Origin: Candidatus Cloacimonadales bacterium
Lineage (GTDB): Bacteria; Cloacimonadota; Cloacimonadia; Cloacimonadales; JAIOQZ01
NCBI GenBank assembly: GCA_963662655.2
Contig: CAXXTU010000001.1
Span: forward strand, 1 to 64,000
Length of the DNA stretch: 64,000 nucleotides
Direction: 5' to 3'
A program made the translations under genes and the position numbers. Under the pieces are notes generated by a model. That model had not been told where the DNA came from and did not search any database. It saw nothing but the letters and a program-made list of their open reading frames with translations. Position 1 is the stretch's first letter. Each line of letters opens with the position of its first letter. This document shows, piece after piece, positions 1 through 9,707 of this stretch.

Positions 1-1216
1 GTTAGAGATTTGACTGATGAAACTAAGATTAAGAACACGGCATTATTAGGTAAATTGGTGAACAAAGCAATCGAGATCGCTGCAGAAACAAGCGATGCGT
101 TTGGTGATATCCAAGATAAAAATACGCAAACAAATAGAGTTACTTAACGCTAAAGATGCGACAGGAAGTCCAAGGATTGAGCAATTACGCAATATTCAAG
201 ACTCTATAAGACAAGAATTGTTTAATTGGGACGTGAATGTTGATATCGAAATTTCATCACCACCCATAGACAAAATCTTCGAACTAGGCACTAATCTGCA
301 TATCGATGATGGAGTAAGAACACTTGCGGAGAGGAAAGGGCATGGTCTTCAAAGAGCATTGATTTTTGCTCTAATCAAAGCTTGGTCCAGAATTCTTAGA
401 GCTAGTAATCAACCAGATGAATTGAAATCACGAACCAGTTCGTCATCAGTTCTCTTCGCTATTGAAGAACCTGAACTGTTTCTGCATCCACAAGCCCAAC
501 GAGAGTTTATGCATTCATTGCTTGACTTATGTAACAACCAAGATGAGCAAGTGTTCATCTGTACTCATTCGAGTCATTTCATTGACATGACGAGATATAG
601 AAGTATTTGCATAATAACAAAACCCAACCCCAGAACAGGATCTACAATACGAACATGTAGCTGTGATTTATTTGAAGGGGATGCAAATTCCGACAAGAAG
701 AAACAGATGAACATGGCTTATTGGATTAATCCCGATCGTGGTGAGATGTTCTTCGGCAGAAAGGTAGTGTTTGTCGAAGGGCCCACCGAGAAAACGATGC
801 TGCCTTATTTAGCTGAGAAACTTGGTATACTTGATCATCAAGTTTCTATCGTTGACTGTGGATCGAAGCACAACCTACCTATTTACATCGATATAGCTAA
901 TGCATTTCATCTGGATTACATGATTATACATGATGAGGATCCTTTGCCAGAACCATTTCCCAATAACTGGCCGCAAGAGAAAAGGAAATCAAAACAAGAT
1001 ACTTTCAAACTCAATGCAATAATAGCAAATGCTGTGTCCGATCCAGCAAAGCAAGTGCATGTAATGAAATCAGACTTTGAAGCAGTCGCCGGAATCTCGA
1101 AGAATCAAGGGAAAAAGCTTGGGAAACCAATGGCTGCGCTTGAGTACTTCGAGAAACTTTCAGCTGATGATGTTCCAGAAGTTCTGAAGCAGGTAGTTCA
1201 GGCTGCATATTCGTGA
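1..1216 (+). pseudogene. OLD-family ATP-dependent nuclease (ABC-type ATPase + TOPRIM), 5' part outside the window, +1 frameshift at A5 tract 118-122
   Basis: Walker B/D-loop AIEEPELFLHPQAQR, H-loop CTHS, TOPRIM FVEGPTE and IHDED. Frame 1 from base 1 reads VRDLTDETKIKNTALLGKLV...DIQDK and then stops; the continuation IRKQIELL is in frame 2 (ORF 95..1216). Confidence 0.8.
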
Positions 1217-1241
1217 TGAATATCTACTGAGCAATGTATTC

Positions 1242-1264
1242 AAAAAACTCAGCACAAGGCTGAG
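1242..1264 (-). terminator. Probable intrinsic terminator of mod-res between convergent genes
   Basis: CTCAGC-ACAAG-GCTGAG hairpin preceded by A6, which is a U-tract on the minus strand. Confidence 0.5.
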
Positions 1265-1289
1265 CTGTCGTATGATATACTATGTTGGT

Positions 1290-3890
1290 CTAGATCAATC
1301 GGTCGATAGCCTCTCTGACATTTTCTCCACTACCAATAGTCGCAAAGATGCATTCCCCTTCGCTCTTACTGGCCCAGAGCTTGCCTATGGCGTCCTTCTC
1401 TCTTGTATCATCACCCGTGAGAAGATGTCCTCCCTTGTATTCGATGACCAAGTATCTTCCGTCATTCAACAGCGCGACGAAATCCGGGTAGAAGTAGTCC
1501 GTTGAGGTTGGCAGCCGGAAGGCGAGTTCGGTTCGCTCAAGGTTGCGCACCCATTGCTTTACTTCAGGATGATTGTCAATTGCCTGTGCACAGAGGAATT
1601 CCTCACCGTTTGATTTGAGGTTGGCGATGACAGGGTAGAAATGCTTCTGGAACTTGTATGCGCCGCTGTATGGTTGATTGCCTGGGGGATATGCATCGAG
1701 ATCGAACACAGTCGGCTCTTCGTAATTCAATCCTGTTCTGGCATCCTCTCCAAAGAGTGTCTGCTGATAACCTCGTTGCTTAACCACAAGGCGATATCGT
1801 GCGATCTGATCCTTGATGGATTGAACGAGAACGTGTTTCACCTGCACAAGGTGAGCCAACGGAATTCCCTTTTCAGCGGTAAGGTGATGTATCAGTTTCG
1901 TCAGAAAACCTATCAGTTCAGGCTGGGTAACGTCCGGTTGCCGAACTTCCTTGTCAAGCCAGCGAACAAAGCCGGTCTCCGTCCACTCGCTGGCAACATC
2001 TTCGGCAAACAGCTCTTCTTGTTCATCACGTTTCATGATCATGACTTGCTTTCCGTCAATATCCAGTTCGAAACGACGAGCATGCGCCATGTAGGTGATG
2101 TTGAAATCATCGAGAATGGCGGGGAACGTATTCAGCTTCCAGCCACCCGCTTCAAGGAATAGCTCTGGCTCCGGTATTTGCCACTCACCCTGATACTCCA
2201 CGATGAGAGATGGCACACGCATGGTCTCGCCCGTGAATACCGAATAGCGTATCTTCTGCTCTCTGTGCCTGTGCTGGTGCAACTGAAACTGCACCAGATT
2301 CCTGCTCTGCGAGGGCACCGCCGCCACAATCTTCTTCTCTACCTCGGCAGGCAGATCGCCGCGCACCACCAGCGTGTATCCCGCGCTTTCTTCCCGCACG
2401 CTCAACTGCGGGCTTTGCGGCAATGCTTTGTAATCCAGTTCGGGGACGAGAATCTCGGTTGTTACCTCGGACCCACCCTCGCCGATCAGTTCGAAAATGT
2501 CGCCGCTCGTGGTCGGCTCCAGGTAACGTTCGGCTTCCAGCGGTTCAAAGCCCATGCAGTTGACCATCGTGTCGCGCAGGGCATTGGCTGCCTGGGCGAA
2601 GGTGGGCGAAGACACATGCGCATAGGCGCAGTTCAGCTCCGGGCTGTTGCGTTCCCTGGCATAGGGCATGCGCAACACGCGTCCAAGTAATTGCTCCACA
2701 TCCTTGGCTGAACCGATGTTGGCCACGGAGCAGAATACGTACGCCAGCGAGCAGTCCCAGCCCTCCTTGAGCGCTTGCACCGTGATGATGTGCTCGATGG
2801 GGCAATCGGGTGCGAACAGGTCAACGCCGTCCAGCCCGCGCTGGCTGCCTGTCGCCACGGCTATCTTCTCTTCGGGGATGTTCTCCGCTTCCATCAGATA
2901 TTGCTTGAGCACATCCACCGTCACATCCCTGTCCTTGCTCTCGGCTTGATAGAGCGTGATGGGCCGGATATATTCTCGCTCTTGGGCGCTGACAGTTGCC
3001 AGTCGGTTCCTTTCGAACACCGCGCCGCTTACCGCTTGCTGCCATGTCTGATGCTCTGTAAGCATGATGGGCAGCTTGATCATGTTCTCTGCTTTCAACT
3101 CGCTTGCGGCGACGCTGTACAGCAGATTCGAGCCGTTTCTGGGGCTGAGGTTCGGCGTGGCGGTAAACTCGATAATGCAAGCCGGGCTAAGCCGCTTGAG
3201 CGTCTCGAACGACAACGCTGTGCGGGCGTTGTGCGCTTCATCGAGGATAACCAGCGGTTGATGCAGGTGGCACAGGTTGGCAAAGGATAGCTTCACCTTG
3301 CCCTTGTACGGGCCGTCGTCGTTGCGCTCGAGTTCGGGAAGGTCATGCCGCAAACGCGCAAAGTGCGGCTCGAAGTTCTCGTTGTGCGCATAGAGTTTAC
3401 GACCGGACGTATCATTCACGCGCAGACTGGCCAGCGTACCCACCACGATGCACACCCGATCTTGCAGGTCTTGCGGACGGATGTTGACCACATCCGCCAC
3501 ATCGAACACGCTCACACGACCGCCGAAGTAGTCGTCGATAGCCTGTCGGTAGGGATGGCGAGGTGTCTTGAGGGCGTCCAGTGTCTGCTGCTGAATGACC
3601 TTGGTGGGAACGAGCCAGAGCACCAGCGGATTGTCGGCGAACTGGTATTTCTTCGCCGCCGTCTCGATGGCGTAGGAAGCCAGCACGGTCTTGCCGCCGC
3701 CGGTGGGCAGTCGCAGGCAGACATAGGGCACGTTACCGAGATCGAACGTACGATACGCTACGAGGTCTGCGCCACGCTGTCGCCAATACTCACGGAAGGC
3801 GCGATCTGGATCGTTTTCGAGTCTCGCGTTGTAGAGGTATTCTCCTAAAGCGTCGAGAGCGCGTGTCTGATAGTCTTTGAGTGTGAACAT
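1290..3890 (-). CDS. res: Type III restriction enzyme Res subunit (SF2 helicase-like ATPase + PD-(D/E)xK nuclease)
   Basis: PTGGGKT Walker A, LDEAH, TAT, LKEGWD, QLLGRVLR; C-terminal YPDF...IEYKG; 1 nt downstream of mod. Confidence 0.9.
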   Translation of the reverse strand: MFTLKDYQTRALDALGEYLYNARLENDPDRAFREYWRQRGADLVAYRTFDLGNVPYVCLRLPTGGGKTVLASYAIETAAKKYQFADNPLVLWLVPTKVIQQQTLDALKTPRHPYRQAIDDYFGGRVSVFDVADVVNIRPQDLQDRVCIVVGTLASLRVNDTSGRKLYAHNENFEPHFARLRHDLPELERNDDGPYKGKVKLSFANLCHLHQPLVILDEAHNARTALSFETLKRLSPACIIEFTATPNLSPRNGSNLLYSVAASELKAENMIKLPIMLTEHQTWQQAVSGAVFERNRLATVSAQEREYIRPITLYQAESKDRDVTVDVLKQYLMEAENIPEEKIAVATGSQRGLDGVDLFAPDCPIEHIITVQALKEGWDCSLAYVFCSVANIGSAKDVEQLLGRVLRMPYARERNSPELNCAYAHVSSPTFAQAANALRDTMVNCMGFEPLEAERYLEPTTSGDIFELIGEGGSEVTTEILVPELDYKALPQSPQLSVREESAGYTLVVRGDLPAEVEKKIVAAVPSQSRNLVQFQLHQHRHREQKIRYSVFTGETMRVPSLIVEYQGEWQIPEPELFLEAGGWKLNTFPAILDDFNITYMAHARRFELDIDGKQVMIMKRDEQEELFAEDVASEWTETGFVRWLDKEVRQPDVTQPELIGFLTKLIHHLTAEKGIPLAHLVQVKHVLVQSIKDQIARYRLVVKQRGYQQTLFGEDARTGLNYEEPTVFDLDAYPPGNQPYSGAYKFQKHFYPVIANLKSNGEEFLCAQAIDNHPEVKQWVRNLERTELAFRLPTSTDYFYPDFVALLNDGRYLVIEYKGGHLLTGDDTREKDAIGKLWASKSEGECIFATIGSGENVREAIDRLI

Positions 3891-3891
3891 A

Positions 3892-5403
3892 TTATCTCGC
3901 CTTGATGTCGTAGGGAATGTGTTTGAAGGTGATGCGCAGGGACTTGAGGCTGGCTGCGCTCAAGCGGCAGGCCTCGCCGTAGATGACGCGCGGCCCCTCG
4001 TGCGGTGGAAGTTGCTTCAGCAGGGGGCGGGTGAGGACGTTACCGCCGTTGACCGTTTTGTCGCCCAGAATGCCGTTGAACAGCAGATAGTAGCCGACTT
4101 CGCCATGCACGCCCAGCAACGGGCCTTGTTGATTCTCTGGCAACGGTGCCCCGGTTTCGGCAAACCATATATGCGCCGCCAGCGTATGGAAGCGCACCGC
4201 CGGATTGATGCGGCCGCTCTCCACAAACACCGGCTGCCCCAACCGATAAAAGCGAAAGCCGCCGCCGCCTTGCCAATTTACCTCGCTGGAGATACCGCCC
4301 TGCTCGCCGTCCACTACTTGTTGCAGGCGCGGCGCACAGTGCGTTACAGCGTGCTCGCCTATCTCGATGCCGATGTAGCGGCGTCCCATTTTGTGGGCCA
4401 CGGCGGCGGTGGTGCCGCTGCCGAGGAAGGAGTCGAGCACGAGGTCGCCGGGGTTGGTTGCAAGCGTGAGAATGCGCTGGATGAGCCGCTCTGGTTTTGG
4501 TGTGGCAAAGACATCACTGTCGTTGAATTCACGTGATTCTCGTTTTGCCTTTTGATTGTCATCCACTTCACTGCGATTCCAAATCGTTTTTGATACAGAT
4601 CCTTGTTGCACTTCAGAAAGAAATCGTTTGATTGAGGGCACATTGTTTCCTGAATTCCCAAACCAGATTCGGTTTTCAGATACCATCTTTTCGAAGTTCT
4701 CTTGTGAATATCTCCAACAGTATCCTTTGGGAGGATTAACGATTCTGCCCGTAGGTGTTGTTATGGGATAATCTGTTGATGCAGAATATGTCTTTACGGA
4801 CAAATCACTTGATTTCCACGGCCCACGTGGGTCATCATCCGGGTTCTTATACCGTTTATTCATCTCAAGCGTACGAGGAAGCAGATTCGGTCTCCATGTG
4901 TCTTTTGTTTTTGCATATGCCAAAATATGATCATGTGAATCCGACAACCATTTTGCATCGTTCTGTGGCGAGTACTTCTTCTCCCATATCACGTTCGCAA
5001 CGAAGTTCTTCCTTCCAAACACTTCATCACATATCACTTTGAGGTAGTGGCTCTCGTCGTCATCAATACTAATCCATATACTCCCGTCCTCGCTGAGAAG
5101 CTGGCGCAGCAGCTCCAGCCGCGGGTACATGAGGCTGAGCCACGTGCTGTGCTCGAGGTTGTCGTCGTAGTGCTCGAATGCGTTCTGCGTGTTGTATGGC
5201 GGGTCTATGTAGATACACTTCACCTGCCCGGCGTAGTATGGCAGCAGGGCTTTGAGCGCTTCGAGATTGTCGCCCTGTATGAGCATGTTCTGGGTGTCGG
5301 CATCCCCATAGGAGAGCGCGGGATCGTGTTCCAGCAGGCGGTATGGCACCTGCGCAGCCTGCTTGATGGCTTGTTCTTTACCCAGCCAGGAGAGAGTTGG
5401 CAT
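3892..5403 (-). CDS. mod: Type III R-M Mod subunit, beta-class adenine DNA methyltransferase
   Basis: IQGDNLEALK, YIDPPYN (motif IV), TPKPERL, LDSFLGSGTT (motif I). Confidence 0.92.
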   Translation of the reverse strand: MPTLSWLGKEQAIKQAAQVPYRLLEHDPALSYGDADTQNMLIQGDNLEALKALLPYYAGQVKCIYIDPPYNTQNAFEHYDDNLEHSTWLSLMYPRLELLRQLLSEDGSIWISIDDDESHYLKVICDEVFGRKNFVANVIWEKKYSPQNDAKWLSDSHDHILAYAKTKDTWRPNLLPRTLEMNKRYKNPDDDPRGPWKSSDLSVKTYSASTDYPITTPTGRIVNPPKGYCWRYSQENFEKMVSENRIWFGNSGNNVPSIKRFLSEVQQGSVSKTIWNRSEVDDNQKAKRESREFNDSDVFATPKPERLIQRILTLATNPGDLVLDSFLGSGTTAAVAHKMGRRYIGIEIGEHAVTHCAPRLQQVVDGEQGGISSEVNWQGGGGFRFYRLGQPVFVESGRINPAVRFHTLAAHIWFAETGAPLPENQQGPLLGVHGEVGYYLLFNGILGDKTVNGGNVLTRPLLKQLPPHEGPRVIYGEACRLSAASLKSLRITFKHIPYDIKAR

Positions 5404-5543
5404 ATATTCGACCTCGATTCATTTTTCAAAGTGAACAAATAGTAAACGGACAATGTGTTGTCAATGTCAATCTTGGAAATGGGTTGTAGAGTAACGCCCT
5501 TGACAAACAGTCCTGCACGGGATTTATCGCTCTTTTAAACGAA

Positions 5544-5571
5544 ACGGGAGAGCCATCATCGACTCTCCCGT
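5544..5571 (-). terminator. Probable terminator after the C25 peptidase gene
   Basis: ACGGGAGAG-N10-CTCTCCCGT stem followed by TTCGTTT on the minus strand. Confidence 0.55.
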
Positions 5572-5592
5572 CATTGTATGATCAATCGAAGG

Positions 5593-8500
5593 TTATTTCA
5601 ACATTAGCATTTTCTTTACGCCGATCGATTTACCATTGACCTTCAGGCGATAGAAGTAAACTCCTGACGAAACTTGATGTCCCGTCTCGTTGACGCCTTG
5701 CCACTGGACTTTGTGGTTACCACGCGGATAATCATCGTTTACGAGCCTCTTCACTTTCTGGCCCTTGATGTTGTAGATATCCATCTCGACCTTGCTTGCT
5801 TCAGGTATCGAGAAACAGATCGTCGTAGTCGGATTGAACGGGTTGGGGTAATTCATCGATAGCACAGGAACCGAAGGCACGTTATCCGCTTCTTCCGAAT
5901 CGTTCCAGAACATACCGAGTAATTCAGCCTTCTTTGCTTCGAATTCTGCCTTCGAAGCCGGTTTAAGCTCCGCTATCTTGCCGGTAAATGCCTGACGACT
6001 GCCATCTTCCATGAGCAAATACGTATAGCCGGCATCGATGACGGCAAAGACCGAATCTTCCTCTGTTGGCGGATTTTGAATCACATCTTCGAACCACGTT
6101 ATTGCCGTCGCGTAATCCAGCATCTTGATATTGCAGTAATTTGCCAGATAATCGCAGGTCTTTGCAAGATTACTACCCGGATTGCTCGTCTCAACTGTTT
6201 CGTAGTAAGTTTGCAAGGTCGTGTAGTCATTGCCGAGATCAGTCTCGAGGCTCAACAGTGCCTTGGCCGATAGAGTAGCATACTCGGTTTCGGGGTACGT
6301 CGAGATGACTGACTGATATGTTGTCTCGGCTGTTGTGTAGTCTCCGGACACTTCACTCTCGGTTGCAGTGCTATAAAGGGTAGCCGCATCACCGGTGGAA
6401 CTTGATTTTGGAATACCTGGATTCCAGATAGGTAGATAGGTAAAATATCCTATAGGGTCAAAATCGTAAGCCGCATTGAAGTTGGTTCCCCAATAATTGC
6501 CACTGACATCGATTAAACTTGCAGGGATACCTGTGCAACGGATCAAAGGATACGTATGGTTGGTATCGTCGTCACTTATCTCATTGCAAGCAAATCCATT
6601 GGCATCGGGAGTACTATCGACCGTGAAGATGATCTCCTCATGACTGTTATCGTGAATCCGTTGGATGGGGTAATCTTTATCACCGACCAGTTTCCAGTTC
6701 GAGTTATTCAACGCAACGATACCGCAGAGGTTGTCGTATATGCTGTTATGACCTTCGATATCGGCATAGGAATGATATAACACAATCGCAGTTCCCGGGC
6801 AGTTGATGATCGTATTGTCCTCGATGAGGTGAGGTGATCCCGAGCCGGATTCCTCGATTCTCAGTGTTAGGTAGTCATCTTCGATCGTGTTACCACTGAT
6901 GCTGAATTTGGGGTACCCGGACAGGAACACTGCGGTATAGCCGGTTGTGTTCTCAATGTCACAATCCGTGAGCGTCACCTGTCTTGCTGTACCCAGCTCA
7001 TTGGCATGGAAAGCGTCTATGGGTGAATCATACAATTCGCACTCATCCAATGTGATGTCGCTTGTAGAAACCTCAAGAGCAGAATCTGAGAAGTATGCCT
7101 CAGATGCTTCGAATGTTGAGTGGTCTATTTCAACAGGTGAGTTCGAGAAAAAGCCACCTGTCGCATCAAATGTTGAGGTCTCCATATATACTGGAGTGTT
7201 GAGGAAAATTGCTTCTCCACACGTAACAGTGGCATCTTCCATAACAATGCCGTCCCAATCACCCGTCGGTGAGAAACTTGCATCGCCAATCTGAAGAGTT
7301 CCATATACTTCAACGCAATTACCCGGAATTTCAATCTGGATATCGCTGGTAGCGTCTGGCTCGAATGTCTCCTCGTTACCGACGATAATGCAGCTACTGC
7401 CCAAGATCAACGTAGCGCCGTCTTCAACAACTATCTTCGCGTTGCGACCGGCGAAACTCTCGAGCGAAATCGTGCTGTTCAGTGTAACCGTCCGTCCAGC
7501 CGGAATGATCATGTCCCATTTCAGGTCTGTAGCTGTGCTAATGACCTCATTGGCTCCGCCGATACGCTTGGTATAGGGCAGGAAGTTGTGCTTCGTCACA
7601 CAGATATCTTCGAAATCCGAAGTGTAGGTTACAACGCCGGAAGCGTTGGTTGTTGCATAGGTGTAGGTGCCACTGCTCGTTTCAGCAAATGCCACTGTAG
7701 CACCCTCAACGGGAGATCCATTGTGTGTTACCGTGAAGGTACTGTTCACGATGTCGTGTGCGACTGTGAAATCCTGGGGATAATCCGTCCATATCTCCAT
7801 CTCGGGATCACCGAATAAGTTCATGGAATAGGTGAGATAATGACTATCCTCTAATTCCAGGGAAGACCTATTTATGTACCCGATATTTTTATAGTCGCAA
7901 GTGAATAAATCATCGAAAAAATATTCCTCAAGATCATGTGATGTACCCATTATACCATATCGCGTATTCCCTAAGAAAGCAGGACCTCCTTTGTGATATA
8001 CTTCGGCTGACACTGTATATGCTCGCGCCATTGAGATGTAGGTGACGCCAGTTTCATCTTCCCGATCGTATCCTGCTACATCACAGCAGGTTGAATAGAC
8101 AAAATGATACTTGCCATTTTCGAGAAAATTGTCAAACCCATTTCCACTCTCCTCATTGTAATTTGGGGGACTTTCATATTGATCCAAGCTTCGTAATCCG
8201 TATTTAGGGTAATCATTGTTATCTGTTGTGGCAACTGCAGCCGTTTTAACTCCACCATGGTTATTCAGGCACAAAATTCCCGTTCCTTCATTAACAGCAG
8301 AGACCACTTGGCTACCAGTCGGAATTCCAAGGTCTCCGATAACAGGATATTCCTCAAGATGTTCTATTGTAAATCCATTAGTATTAAGAGTATTAATGGA
8401 ATTAGTAATACCCTCTTCACCAACACACCCATCTGATGAAGTAAAAACTGAATGGACTATGTACTCGTTATCGCCATAACCAGGATTCATCTCGTATATC

Positions 8501-9681
8501 AATAACTTATCCAGCCAGTTATCGATCATTGTGCAGCCAATTACATCTGCAGAAACCAATAAGCGTCCAACGCAAATGTCATAGGAATAATCAGGATTAT
8601 CCCCATATTCTACTCCATTATCATTGAAGTATGGCTCACCATAACGTTCATTTCCATTCAGATTCCAATTACCATTGAATTCACCGAAATACAGATCAGA
8701 TGGTAAATTATAGTGAATACTTTGTGAACTTCGTGATGCCCATCCATATCGTATTGGGAATCCCGTGTCATCACCTACTAGAAGCACATAACAAAGTCCG
8801 TAATCACGATACATCTCATACAGATATTGCCGGATCGAACCGGCGTCATCATTAATACCTAAAACACCTATCTGATCACCGTTGGGGTATTGGACTAGGA
8901 TATCCTCAATAGTTTTTACCTCCACTGAATACCCTTTCAACCGTTTCCACTGCACAAAATCATCCAATGAAGAGGCAAGCCCTGCCGGAGATACGATGAC
9001 ATAATCAATGGCTGTATCGTCTATTTGTGGGTTGCTATAGTACAGTGAAATATCCTGTGTATTTTCGACCAGAGATGATAATGCATCTGAAGTCAAAGTT
9101 TGCATCCTTGCACTCCTTATCTGAGGATATACAGCATTGGTCGATGCAGAAGTGAGTGATAAGTCAATCGATATCGATGTGTATAGAACAAGGCTTTCAT
9201 CAACAGGATTGAATCGCATAGGGTAGATTGCCAGCGTTACAATATGGGCGCAACCGTCAAAGAAACCATCTCCGACTGCCTCTGCAACCTGAGCAGGATA
9301 TAAGGCGTTTGTGTTGTAAATTACGCTATCAGGTTCAACAAACGGTCCCGGGATCCAAGTCTCGGATAATATTACCGGTTCCTGCGTCGGGTACACATAA
9401 TAATCGCCACTCTGTCTTTGTGTATTTACAGTGATAACAAGATCGTCAACCTTCATGTTTGCTGGGATAATCAATTTCACGTATTGAACGGGTAATTGAG
9501 GTGCTCCTACATCTTCTGTCAATTGCAGGCCTTCCATCGTGACAAGATCGTAAGTATTGGTGGAGTCTTTTACAATTGAAAGATCCATTTCATTGAATGT
9601 TGTGCTGTAAGATACAGCATTCAACAGTGAGAAACTCAGGATCAGGGATGCCACTGAGAGTATTGCCATTACGCGTTTCAT
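5593..9681 (-). CDS. Secreted gingipain-like C25 cysteine peptidase (propeptide, catalytic domain, beta-helix, TPR-like segment, FlgD-Ig/T9SS-like CTD)
   Basis: Start reassigned to MKRVMAIL (AGGAGG SD, signal peptide); GAPQLPV propeptide, YVLLVGD, SDLYF, VGRL, NHGG and STCC (putative His/Cys dyad), NLFGDPEM; CTD NYPNPFNPTT...YNIKGQ...KKMLMLK. Confidence 0.85.
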   Translation of the reverse strand: MKRVMAILSVASLILSFSLLNAVSYSTTFNEMDLSIVKDSTNTYDLVTMEGLQLTEDVGAPQLPVQYVKLIIPANMKVDDLVITVNTQRQSGDYYVYPTQEPVILSETWIPGPFVEPDSVIYNTNALYPAQVAEAVGDGFFDGCAHIVTLAIYPMRFNPVDESLVLYTSISIDLSLTSASTNAVYPQIRSARMQTLTSDALSSLVENTQDISLYYSNPQIDDTAIDYVIVSPAGLASSLDDFVQWKRLKGYSVEVKTIEDILVQYPNGDQIGVLGINDDAGSIRQYLYEMYRDYGLCYVLLVGDDTGFPIRYGWASRSSQSIHYNLPSDLYFGEFNGNWNLNGNERYGEPYFNDNGVEYGDNPDYSYDICVGRLLVSADVIGCTMIDNWLDKLLIYEMNPGYGDNEYIVHSVFTSSDGCVGEEGITNSINTLNTNGFTIEHLEEYPVIGDLGIPTGSQVVSAVNEGTGILCLNNHGGVKTAAVATTDNNDYPKYGLRSLDQYESPPNYNEESGNGFDNFLENGKYHFVYSTCCDVAGYDREDETGVTYISMARAYTVSAEVYHKGGPAFLGNTRYGIMGTSHDLEEYFFDDLFTCDYKNIGYINRSSLELEDSHYLTYSMNLFGDPEMEIWTDYPQDFTVAHDIVNSTFTVTHNGSPVEGATVAFAETSSGTYTYATTNASGVVTYTSDFEDICVTKHNFLPYTKRIGGANEVISTATDLKWDMIIPAGRTVTLNSTISLESFAGRNAKIVVEDGATLILGSSCIIVGNEETFEPDATSDIQIEIPGNCVEVYGTLQIGDASFSPTGDWDGIVMEDATVTCGEAIFLNTPVYMETSTFDATGGFFSNSPVEIDHSTFEASEAYFSDSALEVSTSDITLDECELYDSPIDAFHANELGTARQVTLTDCDIENTTGYTAVFLSGYPKFSISGNTIEDDYLTLRIEESGSGSPHLIEDNTIINCPGTAIVLYHSYADIEGHNSIYDNLCGIVALNNSNWKLVGDKDYPIQRIHDNSHEEIIFTVDSTPDANGFACNEISDDDTNHTYPLIRCTGIPASLIDVSGNYWGTNFNAAYDFDPIGYFTYLPIWNPGIPKSSSTGDAATLYSTATESEVSGDYTTAETTYQSVISTYPETEYATLSAKALLSLETDLGNDYTTLQTYYETVETSNPGSNLAKTCDYLANYCNIKMLDYATAITWFEDVIQNPPTEEDSVFAVIDAGYTYLLMEDGSRQAFTGKIAELKPASKAEFEAKKAELLGMFWNDSEEADNVPSVPVLSMNYPNPFNPTTTICFSIPEASKVEMDIYNIKGQKVKRLVNDDYPRGNHKVQWQGVNETGHQVSSGVYFYRLKVNGKSIGVKKMLMLK

Positions 9682-9707
9682 GATGTCCTCCTTTGGAATT
9701 TGTGCAA

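Noticed and set aside
1290..5403. BREX/DISARM or another multi-gene system
   Set aside because: Only a mod-res pair; no pglZ, brxC or drm genes
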